DNA of 43,399 nucleotides from Catajapyx aquilonaris (taxonomy: Eukaryota): the NCBI GenBank assembly GCA_000934665.2, contig KZ538870.1:1-43399 (forward strand), written 5' to 3'. The position numbers were made by a program, and so were the translations under genes. Positions 1 to 11,800 of the stretch are shown one piece after another. Under the pieces are notes generated by a model. It made no database searches and was not told the DNA's origin. It was given only the letters and a program-made list of their open reading frames with translations. Each line of letters begins with the position of its first letter. Position 1 is the stretch's first letter.

Positions 1-193
1 GGGAAGCGCTACATGCTGGCCCCCCCAATGTAGCCCTCCCCTTTCGTACCTGTAAAGTTCAGCCTAGTCAGGTAGGGTCGCCACTTATCCTGGCCTCCGA
101 AATGTCTCATGGCGGTCTCAGGTGAGCACCCGCTGCAAAATGCCTCGGCAGGGGGTGGGTGGGAGTGACCAGACCTAACTTATATGACCGTGG
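1..193. mobile_element. Palindromic MITE 'family A', centre and right arm (left part is outside the window)
   Basis: Aligns to 28478-28793 and 30521-31093 (shared blocks such as ctacatgc, cccccaatgtagccc, aaagttcagc..ggtagggtcgccac, ctcatggcggtctca, gggagtgaccagacct). Its end gaccgtgg corresponds to gaccatg in the 30521 copy. Confidence 0.8.
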
Positions 194-2294
194 CAAAAAC
201 TATTGTATACAACCACCATTTCATATTATGAAAATTCAAAACCTCGAAAGGGGTATCGTAAATACGTAAATAAAATGAAAAATATATATGAAAATTCCAT
301 GATAACCTGTGTAACGTTGAGAGTTTGAATGGGTCTGTCGTATCACTGGAGGCGCTACCTGCTGCATGTAACGTTCTCTTCTGTGTACGAAAGGACTTAA
401 TCTTAGAGCACTCTACAAGAATAAACGAATATGCAGTGTTGTTGCGACCTACCAGACACTGCAAAGTACAGATCCCTGAAAGCAAACTGCTAATTACAGT
501 GAATTACTATAGCTTCATAAGATGCCACATAACAAACGTAGTAGTTGAACAAACACATTTATAGGCCCTTTAGCAAAAACAAATCAGAAACGACGAGCAT
601 TGTTGCATTTGATTGAATCGCCTATGTGATATGATAGTTCGTGTCACATGAGGTTTTTAAAAAAAGGTATGTGTGAGAGTGATGCAGATGACTCATCGGC
701 AGGGTCTCAGATTTCTGGATCGAAGGCGAACGGAAATGATGAATTTGTTTAATCAAGGAATGCGAGTCCCTGTCGGTCTGATTCCTTTCATGCTCGGCGG
801 CACACGAACTCTTCAGCACAGGGCCCAACCTCATGAAGCCTCGTTACTTTTCATTACTGGGAAAAGCGTATACGGTTTCACATTTGGGGTGTATTTATGA
901 AGCCATTATGCAATTAATCCTTGGGGAAAACACCCTCGAAATCATTTATATGCGTCGGGGAGCTCGCGGTTTCTGAGAGCAAGGTCCGCTTAGGAAATCG
1001 TAGATCATCATAAACGTTGGGAGGACGCGAACGCTACACTTTTCCTGCTTGCAACCTAATGCTCTCTTTCCATCCTCTACCTTTTTCCATCTTTATCTTA
1101 AATTGCTGCTCACTTGTGTGTCGTTGGGAGGGCCTACCTGTGGCATTTTGTTCGGATGTGGTCACAATGAAGGAGCAGACATGTAATGTTGTGGTGAAGC
1201 ACAGCCATTCAGGTAATAAGCAAGGTCATAAAGTTAGGTTTTACTGGTGGAGGATGACCCTCGTGAGACTAGGCACTATAATGTGTTATTATCAAGTTAG
1301 CTTAGAATTACAAGCTGGGTGTTTCGGCTTGGTGAAATCTCAATATGGCCCTACCAGTACAGGTTAATGATACTTTTGTTTCAGTTAAAATTGGGGGTAG
1401 TGCAATATTTGGTATTTATTGTGATAGGCAGTGGGGTTCGGGATCTAACAGGCCCTAAGAGTACCACAAATCCGACGAGATCGATGGTATAACGTCGCAA
1501 GATATTTCCATTGCGATAAAATAAAATTGAAATTCAAACTGAAACACTCCTCTGATAGGACTGTCCTGATGCATAGTTACAGCATTTAACTTAAAATGTG
1601 GCCCTTTGTCACGTTTAGCTCATTTTTACATTTTACTTTTTAGCCAATATTTTGGTACCGGCATGTATATTACTAGGTTGTTATCATTACATTCGGTCAT
1701 ATCTCTCATTGTTGATAATGTCTGGGAACATAATTTAAAGCTATTTTACGTGAAAGGAATGAAGGGTTTCCATTACAATGCTGAAACATTTACTGTCAAG
1801 ACTCTCTGTGCAGTACTTGTTAGTGCAGTAGCGCCAAATAAATGTACACGATGAAGTACTGCGCAATCGATCCACTCTTAAAGCAACGCCTGCTCCTATT
1901 ACGGGCGTCCTTAAGCAGTAATTCACCGTCGTATTTTCTAACTTCGCCTCATTAAATTGTCAGCATTGGCAAGAGCAGCAAATTGGTCGGAATTTGCAGG
2001 TGGAGTGGCTGTGGAGCAATTTTCACGTTGCTTGGAAATTAATTTTAATAGGGGCCAAAGTCACGGAACATGAACTCTTCTGCTAGACTTAAATGTCAAA
2101 AAACTTTCTACGGAGGATTCTCGTTTCCATACTTTAGGCGTATAAAGTTTCATGGTCTGTGGATATACGAGCCGGGAGAAGTAGGCTATTTCATTACCAC
2201 CTTCTTCCACAATTACAAGCTGAAGGTATTGAATTTTCGTCATCATGTGTCAGCAAATGCTATAATTTACCTAACAAAATGCAATTATGTATTG

Positions 2295-2361
2295 CTACTC
2301 TTCTTATAGACCTGATAGTTAAATCATTAATGATTTAACTATCAGGTCTATAGAAGAGTAG
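2295..2361. repeat. Spacer-less palindrome with a 48-bp perfect core (2305-2352)
   Basis: tatagacctgatagttaaatcatt|aatgatttaactatcaggtctata, extended by ctactcttc / gaagagtag with one extra T on the left. Confidence 0.95.
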
Positions 2362-3989
2362 TATTATGCAGAGAGGATTATAAACGTATTAAAATAATTA
2401 GGTACCGGTATTACAAGAGTTAATCTATTTTAATGCACTGAAGAAGCCTTTGCTAGTAATGAGGATATGCAAGTTTCTACCTCCCCTATTTTATGTCAAT
2501 AATAACCATGCAAATATTGAGAAATCTTTGGAAGTAAACGCCCTAAAACACTGCCGTTTGTTAGGAATCATTCAATAGCATACTTATCAAGAGTGTATTG
2601 TCATTTCAAAACCACACATTTTAATAGATTTTCAAAATTTTGGACAAAACTGGTGATCCATACTTCCTTCTTGGACAACCAGTTGCTTCTTGGACATTGT
2701 GGCTGGAAGACATTAATTTGTCCGGGCGGGCAGATCTGACACAGTGATTATATTTAATGCAGACTTTATTTATACTTCCACACCTTCCAATAGAGTCATG
2801 AGAATACTTACTTGACCAACTCTTGTGCCGCAACTTTTCCCCCATGTATTGCATTTGAACTTGCAAAACAGCAGCTATAGGGTTGTTCCTTGCCAGGTTG
2901 GTCAAAGGAGCAGCCATTTCCACATAGCGAATTGCTACCGTATATATTTTCCAGGAGGAGGTACGAGATGAGAACCTTCAGTCCACTCGGAAATTAGGCG
3001 AAGTAGGCCACATATTCATTATCAAACACTACTCCTCTCCCAGTGCAGCTTGTGCAATCCCACTATGTCGGAGGCAGAATGATAGAGCAACCATGGAACT
3101 TATTTCTCACTCTGCTGTGCGTGAATTTGTAGAAAAGTTTCGGGTACGTCTTCTTTAATTCATATCTGACCTTTAAAGACACATCAATATTATGCATTAC
3201 TTTCTAGGCACTGCAAATTCTGCGAATTTGCCAACAATGACAGGAAATACGAAATGATGTTAAAAGTGGTTACTGATGTTTATATAACCCGTCGATAACT
3301 TCATATTAATGATATCCCGGCTGTATAAAGGCATCTGCCGCTATCAGCATAATTAGATGTTGAGCCCGCCACCCTATACCTTTGTGCTCTGAGTTACATA
3401 TTGAGTGAATGCTGTCATAAAAATGATTTTGTCAGCCCATGCCGCGCAGTTGCTACATAGTCACGTTGCAATAGAGTTTAGTTTGCAGTGGCAGTGCGTT
3501 CTGGATAGCCTAATTTAATTACACGATTTTTACGGCGCACTAGAAAAAAATAATTGCTGTACCATAAAAGGAAGGCGGTGCAATGGAGACTAATGTGCGA
3601 GGCGGCTCGTTTGCATGACGTGCAGGTCATTATTACAGCTGTACAGGGACCTGTCTCACTATATAGCCTTGTGCGAAATTATGCTCTCAAAACTCTACCG
3701 CCTCTTTTGCTTATCTACCCCAGGAGTTGCACACGACAGTTTGTATAGTAGCCACGATACCCATCTTGAGTACACAATGTACTCATGCAGGTACCCTATA
3801 CATCATGCATACCGGTCCGTAACCAATGCAGGACGTCCCAGATTGCAACCGCACATAACCCCCATCTGGACTCTAGTCATTGAGTCAGACGGAAATTAGC
3901 TTCCTCCAGAAGAAGACACGAAAGAAACGAGGCGACGGAAGACAAATCGAAACGACCCCTGGTCTGCTTTTAAGCTCCTGCGGACTTAC

Positions 3990-4342
3990 CCCCTCACTCC
4001 GAGAGGTAATGACATTCTCGTCTGGTGCAGATAAAGAGCAAAAATTTTCTCCCCTCCCGCATCCCGTCATTTGTTTTGAGGCAGCGTGGGGAAAGAGAAA
4101 AGGGGAGGGAGGCCTAGGAGGGAAAGTTTTCTCCGGAGGAGAGTATGCTAAATTGGTCCATGGAGCGCAACATCGTCACGCTGAAAAGAAGATTCAATCA
4201 ACGGAGGGAAGCTGGGGGAGGAAGAGAGTTGGCCAAATGGTAGTCATACTCTATTGTGGCAGGAGTGACGGAGAGAAACGGAGAGGGCGACTCGGGGGAC
4301 GGGCGACGCGACGTTAGTGACCCCTATCAGTTAAAGAATACT
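3990..4342 (-). other. Candidate first exon (5' UTR plus 27 codons) of an unidentified host gene
   Basis: Minus strand: Inr-like CATTCAGT near 4342, a CpG- and pyrimidine-rich leader, ATG at 4070 giving MTGCGRGENFCSLSAPDENVITSRSEG, then a consensus donor G|GTAAGT at 3989-3984 (phase 0). No homology recognised. Confidence 0.25.
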
Positions 4343-4464
4343 GAATGGTCGCGGTCAGCTTTTGTAGTCAAAGGGTACTAGTTTATTGCGGGAGGTCATG
4401 CAGGGCATACTCAGAGTCATTAACCTCCTCTAGAGACAGGATAGCATCTTCTTACTTTGTAGAT

Positions 4465-4496
<32 letters not shown>

Positions 4497-4512
4497 AATA
4501 ATAATCATAATA
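4465..4512. repeat. Compound (ACA)n(ATA)n microsatellite
   Basis: Directly visible trinucleotide repeats. Confidence 0.95.
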
Positions 4513-5040
4513 ACGCCAGGTCTTCCGGAAATGAGCATTCTGTGGGAGGGCTCCCCTTACCACGGCCATATTTTATATAATTACAGCTTAATGTCACAAA
4601 ATTGTCACTTATTGCATGATGTCTAACAAATTATACAATTTAAATACTGATGTACTGGTACTGTGCATCTGAAAAGATACAGTACGCTTACTGTGCTCTG
4701 AGAAGAATGGACTTAATGCATGTATAAAACACGTGAAATAAATCAAAATATTGCAACCAGTTTCATGAAGTGCGTACTTCATCCGGTGACTATTTGCAAC
4801 TAAAACTCGTAATCTTTGTATAGAAGGGTTGTATCTACTAAAATTATGGAGTAATCTACAATTTTCTTTCATTATGTATTGGGAATTACGAATTATATAT
4901 GAATTGTCGAACATTTTTTCTAATTTGCTCCGTTTAAATATAGATATTCAAATGAAAAATCTAGTACACACAAAAAGGTGACACACTTTTGACACCTTTT
5001 TGCGTGTCATCTGACACAAAAACGTGTCGTCAATGAGGTA

Positions 5041-5303
5041 CGAGGTGTGATCAAAAAGTTCCCGGACTGTCGATATACCGTGCAAACCAGTGGAGCTACG
5101 AACTTGTGACGTTAGGGGGCGCTAGGTGCACCTTTCATCTATTAGTCTGAAAAATCTCGTCTTCATAGGTGCACATGTTTCCGAGTTTCGGTAGTTTTCT
5201 TGACATCGTGTTGTTGTGCTTCTGCGATTTTTCGAAATGGCTGATGTTAGGGAGCAAAAGATTTGTATTAAATTTTGCTTCCAGCTCAACAAAACTTCGG
5301 ATG
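5041..5303 (+). mobile_element. Mariner transposon 5' fragment (TIR, leader, first ~22 codons of transposase)
   Basis: TA followed by the mariner-type terminus CGAGGTGTGATCAAAAAGTTCCCGGACTG. ATG at 5237 reads MADVREQKICIKFCFQLNKTS, matching the mariner N-terminal EQRxxIKFCxxLxK motif. No 3' end seen. Confidence 0.8.
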
Positions 5304-5907
5304 CCCCATTAGCCCACCTGCAATGAATTTTTAGGACCGAGACATTTGGGATCACCGACGTGGTCGTTGGACGAGTGTGACGAGCGAGGTGACGGGTTCG
5401 CAAGACAATGCACTCCGCCGATCCTGTCCTGGAATTACCCAGTAAATGTATAATTTTTACCCTAATTTGAGTCGTTATGGTCATTCTTTCAAAGTGGTAA
5501 TGAAGACGATTTTGTAACATTATAGCGTTTCAGGACATATCAGGACTCTCATACTGTCGCTCAGTTCTCTCATTGTCCATTACTTAAATTTTAATTTGCT
5601 AAATGGGTCATTCCATGCCAGATCACCTGGTGCCATGTGCTCTCACATCTAAGATATGTTGCAAAATTTTAACATGAGCAGCTACTTATGAGATAACACC
5701 TTATTATTTATTTCAATATTTTAAGGCCAAAATTGGGTTCATGATTTTTTTTTTGAAAATGACCCATTTTATAGCGATTCAGCAGGCTGGCACATTTTCT
5801 GCGTCAGTTTAGAAACATCCAAGTATTTTCCTTGTTTTCTCACCGATTGGGCTAATTTTGGTGTCAAATTAAAGCGTTTTCTTAACTCTTTACAAATAAG
5901 GTATAAA

Positions 5908-6250
5908 GGGGAGGTGTGGTGGCCGGGATGGTAACGTCACGGCTTGCTGTGTGAAAGGCCCCAGGTTCGATCCCCGCCTGGGGAACTTTCCTTTCACCTG
6001 CGTCAGGAGGGTCTCTGACCTGCACCAAGGAGGTGTCTGGCAACCTAACCTCCTGGGGAACAGCACATGACCCGTTTTCAGACGTGCACCTTGCACCCAT
6101 GTTCCCTCCCCAAAAATCCCTATCCTTTCCCCATGTCCTTTCATCCTTGCACCGGAGTTGGGAGAAAAATTAGAAAAATTGAAGGAGATGGTGGTATTCC
6201 ACCCCCCTATAAGGGCCCATGGCCCTAGCACGGGGTAACGTAAAAAAAAT
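5908..6250 (+). mobile_element. tRNA-derived SINE (tRNA-Ala-like head), full length
   Basis: A box TGGCCGGGATGG, B box GGTTCGATCCC, about 260-bp body, A-rich tail. Flanked by the direct repeat GTATAAA (5901-5907, 6251-6257). Homologous copy at 14990-15328. Confidence 0.88.
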
Positions 6251-8754
6251 GTATAAAAGTGGTGCTAACTGCTGCAGATAATTACCACTGAGCATGCAAA
6301 GTGAATTTTAGTAACATTCTATACCTCGATCAGTTCGACAAGTCATAGCTTGCAAACCATAACTAACACATGTATGATTTTTTTTTTTGTAGAATGAGCT
6401 AACCATGTACTTGTTATAATTTTTAAAATGAGGAGGGTGTTTTTTTGTTGTTATCAAATAAAAAATTATTTGTTTATATTATACGCAAATTAGGGCCAGA
6501 GGAGGATATATTTTTTTGGAAAGCTAATTTTTGTTTTAAAACATAATTTGGGACCCCCTGTACATCCAGTGAAAAGTCCTAAAAGATGCGGGTTGGAGAA
6601 CCTATTTAAATTTTGAAGAAATGTCCGCCATTTTGTGAATTTCGCAAAATCGCGTTTATATGAGTACCGTAGGCCATAAAATGACACTGCTTTGGCAATT
6701 TTACTTTAAATGTTTTCTAACATTGAGGCTCGTTTCTGCAGTACCTGTGATTGGCCCGCCTTTTGGCCATGAATGTATCGATGGCAGAGCTGTGTAGAAA
6801 CGCGGCCATTTTGCAAACTGAGGATTGGGTGGCCCAAATTGAGCAGGATGGGATAACCATATTCTAATAGAATACATTGTATAATTAAAGCTGCAACTGC
6901 ATATGGAGCATCACTGGATAGGACAGTAATTAATATGGACGTAGCAAATTATGTCCAGAGCGTAGCTTGTTGCTTTCAATTTTACCAGTTATTAAATGTT
7001 AAATGGCAATTAAAGAGACTACGATAATTTTATGCTTGTTGCTACATTACGTTAGAGCGGACTCTGTTGCACGGGGATTATGGTAGTGCCATTAATTACG
7101 GGGGATGGCCTATAAAGTAGCTTCATGTCAGCAACACATGTGCTCTAATGGGCTTAGAAGCCTGCACGGTACCGATGTCTTTTGATAATAAAACATATAC
7201 CGGAGTCGTAACGTTTGCCCAAGGCGTGAGAAGAGATTTGTAGGACTCGTGTATGTTTATTTTAATGGGCGGAACTTGGCTTGCTAATGGAAAGTCGTAA
7301 TGGTGATTTTGAATCTTATTTGCATAATGTGCAAAATAGTTGTTGTTAATTGCACGTTGTGTTAATCATAATCAAATTTGGTGAAAGGGCATCGAAATAT
7401 GCGAACCACCAGAGCTTAGAGACTCCACTGAACTGTCATCCACATTAAGCGAGAATGGACATTTTCAGTCTGATTTAGCACGCTTTTTTCACGTCGATGA
7501 TGCCGTCATCATGGCTGCCAGTATCGTAAATTTCCGCAAATTATCCGCTGACACATCATTGACTCTCTGTAATTTATACGTCAGCATAAAGCAAACTGGA
7601 ATACAACTGTCACGACCTGATTTTGCCGTCATTCATTAACACATTGGTTTTGTAAGGTTGTCCAATCGCGTCCACATTCAATATTTTCCACCGGAGACAC
7701 TCATGCGAGTATAGGTTCTAAAAAATTCCTAATTCATTTTTATTTTCCCCATTTGTAAGCCTTGAAGAGAGGTAATGAAGTGCAAAGCCACCATTTTTGT
7801 GTCACGTTGATTTATTTGATTGGGTGTCATTGTGCCGTTACAGCCTCAGACTATAGTCAAAGTCCAACTACCATTTTTCCCCAACACTCATTAGTAGCGA
7901 GGGTTACTACGCTGTGATTCTAGAATGGTCAATTAATGCAAGGACGGAAGCTAGTATAACATGTCGAATAGGTTGAGCAGACTCGGAAGATTCCATTTCA
8001 TGAGGGATGATAATTATTTCCGTCTACAGAAAATTTCTTTGACTCGACTGATCATTGGTTCCAATTTCAAACGGACGAAAAAAAAGTACGGGAGAACCAG
8101 TACTGTGCTATGCAAGGCTGAATTCAAACTGGTAAAACTTCTGAAACATTTTCCTCCTCCCTTGTACAGTACGCCTGGGATACTCCCACGAGATATATCC
8201 ACTTAGATGTATTCCTGTTATTATTTCGTTTGAGAGGGGCTCAAGTGTTGGCGGCGGCATTAGCTTATTGGGCGACTAATTAAGTTGTTACGATTCGATG
8301 GTTTTCATCGTGAAGAATTTCCTTTCTAGCTGGCTAAAGAAATTCAGACGGAATGACTGACGCAAAGATGAAGGAGAAACTTCAAAGCAGTTCTCTGCCG
8401 CATCTCAGGCTGCTGTAGCTCTTCAGGCAATATATGAAGGATCAAGACGGAAGATTTCTGGTCACAATCTGGAATATTTCAATATCAGATTTAACCGTGT
8501 CATATAGGCTGTGCATTGCGCTGGTTAGAAAGGTATGACTGTCTAAAGGCTGCTGCATAAATTGCAAAAATGTGCGTCTCTAATTAGTATAGTAAAATAT
8601 GTATTGCAAATATGCCAGGATTTTCTGTCTTCACTGGTTTTTTGGACTTGTGCTTGTACTTGTATCTACACTGCCTAATTACTATTAGCGAATTAGAGAG
8701 CTCTGACAGATTTAGGACCTGTAGATGACTGATTGCTGCAGAACCCTGCATATT

Positions 8755-8825
8755 CTGCCGTCCCGCTGAAAAAAGCCGTATCTGCAACAGTTTTGCAGAT
8801 ACGGCTTTTTTCCGCGGGACGGCAG
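8755..8825. repeat. Hairpin/palindrome with 33-bp arms and a 5-nt loop
   Basis: ctgccgtcccgctgaaaaaagccgtatctgcaa-cagtt-ttgcagatacggcttttttccgcgggacggcag, one mismatch. Weaker symmetry (tgcaga / tctgca) extends to about 8737-8839. Confidence 0.93.
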
Positions 8826-11800
8826 TATTGCACTCTGCATGCACTCGACACCTATACTACTTGATCGCCTGAAGAAACCACCCCGTGCAATTTATCACGA
8901 CGATGAGAACCAATAGAACTGCATGCATGTCACTTGACTTCGTCCACACTTCCTAAACGGCAAAAAAATATACCTGAGCTCCATAGCACAAAGTATAGAG
9001 CCCCGGTTCCGCTAACAACACATGCTTTTGTGACACACGATTGCCCTTTGATTAATCTTCCAAACAATAATAAATTCACCCAATTGGTAGGGCCTCTATC
9101 ATTAGGGGCCAGGTAGATAAAAATAAATTTATAGGCAGCAAAATATCGCGGTGGATGATCAGGTCACTTCCTATCATGACAGAAGTCTATTAAGCTCGGC
9201 TAGCCCTGCGTGAGGCGGTGTGAAATCAGCACCCGGTTGCCCCTTAACGAGCTTCGTTATAATTTTTTTTTTTTTTTTTTTGCTGTCCCCGAATCCAACC
9301 CACTAACAAGTTAGAAGTTTCTGAATGATACACCGATCTGATTAATATGACGGGGGGTTTGTACAAATTGCCCTCGCTGCGTGAGTAAATGCGGGCAATT
9401 AAAATATGAATTTCCTGCATCAACTATACTAGGAGCGTTAAGATCATGATTCCCCCCAGTGTAAAAAAAAGGGCTTGGTGAAAATGACTTGTTGTAAAAT
9501 CGCCTCTAGACGTTTACATAATTCACAAAGAAGAAGGCTTTGATACCCTTGAAAAGTGCTTGTTGACTTATTTTTCTACTTCCCAGAGACTTTCATTAAG
9601 TTTCATCTAATGCTTAATGCAGGTTTAGAATTAACTAATAATGAGAACTTCTTGTGTAAATAAAGACTGCCTTTTTGATCCTCCTTTACGCAGCTTATGC
9701 TCGTGAAACAATAAAAGTTTGCGCAAAACGAGACCGTAGGGCTCGCGTGTCTAAAGCCACGAGTCAGACTGTATTATAAAGACAAGCTACCAGCTCTTGT
9801 AGAAAAAAAAAGGCCGTATAAACAAGAGTGGTAGGGGCCCTTTTCAAGAGGATAGTATGGATTATCGCTTAATAAGGGACTTGGTGAGCGGTAAGCTGCG
9901 GTGTGTAAAGCTTCCACCGTTTATAACCGCATGCACACATCAAAGGTTAAATACCGTGTATCATCGCACTGGAGATAAGCCCCGAGCCCCTCGATCGAAT
10001 TAGCTTCCCATTTATAAACGATTCATAATTAGTTGCCCTAAAGCTGCTTAATTGGTGGCAATGGGTTCTCTAGCCACTTCTAGAGTTCATCGTCTTCACC
10101 TATTGTCTTAACTGTCGTGGTCATGGGAATTTTTGATACTAACAGTGATGCAAAATATGACAATGTAATTTTAAATGGCCAATTATATACTTTCGTGTCA
10201 CTTGCCTATTTATATTTGTCAAGACTAATCTAAATAAACATTTAATGTAAAATAAACAATAACTTTCATGGCCTACACATTGGTTCATTATAAATTAATT
10301 ATGTTTTATGATGTGGCACGGAAATTGATCTGGGACTACCTGGCATATCACACACAGAATCTAATAGTGCATAAGACCACGCCACCTTGCATGCATCACA
10401 GGACAACGTAGGGACGATTGCTCCTACTGACTTGGCATGGTAAATTCAATCCCACCCTTCCCGCCCCCTCCCCAATAATTCACACCCCTGCTAGCACATT
10501 GTTGCGAAAAAGATTAGCCGACGACGTGACTTCACATCGAGACACCCTCCACAAAAGACAGCATATAACCTACACTGTCACCATGATGGACCCCTCCGAG
10601 TCTTTTTAAGTATTGAGCAAACAAAAGTATGCTCTGCAATTATTTGCCCCCTGGAGGGGTGGACTTGAAACAGTGTGCATGCCTCGAAAAGATTGGCCCT
10701 AATGCCCTCCAACACTTGATTATGCAGCTGATGAAGCCGTCGAAGAATGTTGTTTAATTGCCATTAGGCTTATCGCACTTGCCAGGCATGTCCTAGGGGA
10801 ATAAGCTGGTGCGCATTGTTTCTGTCGATTGAATGATTAATTTGGCGACGTTGTGCACTACACGAAAGGGAGTGAAGGTGGGCGATAAATAAGGATTAAG
10901 GCCAATTAACGTAAGAAATTTAGTGCAATAGAGAGGCACGTAGCTGCAGTGGGTCGTGACAGAGAAGAATGACTTTCCGTTTGGAGCGGTGGGGATGGAG
11001 AGAATAATGCTCCAGCTGAGCCTTTTGAGGGGAAAATTGGACAGCACCCTGTTTTCCTCTTTCAAGTTGCTCTAATTGGTGATTCTGCGCGGACGGAGGA
11101 GAGAAAACGCTTCATATGTTCGCTTTCATTGCGCGACAATGTCACGGTCGCTAAAGGTGGAGTCCTTTACAAAAAGCTGCACAAATGAAAATGCATTTGG
11201 CCATTCCCCCAAAGCCCTGATTTTGGCTCTCTCTGCACATATGGTATGTCATATATGGACCAGGGACACATATCAGGCTAAAAATAATTTGCAAATTATT
11301 AGTTCATCATATTTCAGACACGTGCACTATTACTCATCCAGAACTCTAGATAACACTCAATCTAAGCGACCCTCCTGACGACCACTTTCCAACCAAACTT
11401 GCCCTTAGGGGTTCACATAAAATGAAAAACTTGCTATGGAATTTGCAGTTATTTTTTCCCCCTTACCCCCACCCTTAGCAATCAAAAATCAATAAGCAAG
11501 GAAATTAGGACCGTCAATCATGTATCCCATGAATAGTATGCAGCTCCCAAGTACTGCACCTTCCAAAAGATAGTTTGGCAAAGAGCTTTAGAAGCATCCT
11601 TTTTTTTTCAACCCTTTCAAAAAAAAAGAAAAAAAAATGCAGGATACCACTGGTGGATCATGCTATTTGAGGTTGCAATTCCATGGACAACAGGCGTCCA
11701 CCGGCACCTCGAAAGGTGTTGCGGATCACTCTGGGTTGATAGGGACTAATGCTCTCACTCGGGACGCCTATTGTGGAAGTCCGATCGATGCTAGGGTGCT

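Noticed and set aside
3880..4317. 145-aa plus-strand ORF rich in G/R/K
   Set aside because: The composition follows from purine-rich low-complexity DNA; no recognisable domain.
5601..5769. 12-bp inverted repeat aaatgggtcatt / aatgacccattt as MITE ends
   Set aside because: Too short, with no further arm pairing. The region may be an old DNA-transposon fragment, but its boundaries cannot be supported.
5908..5985. tRNA-like sequence as a true tRNA gene
   Set aside because: No proper acceptor stem, and it continues into a shared ~260-bp body with tail and TSD, so it is a SINE head.
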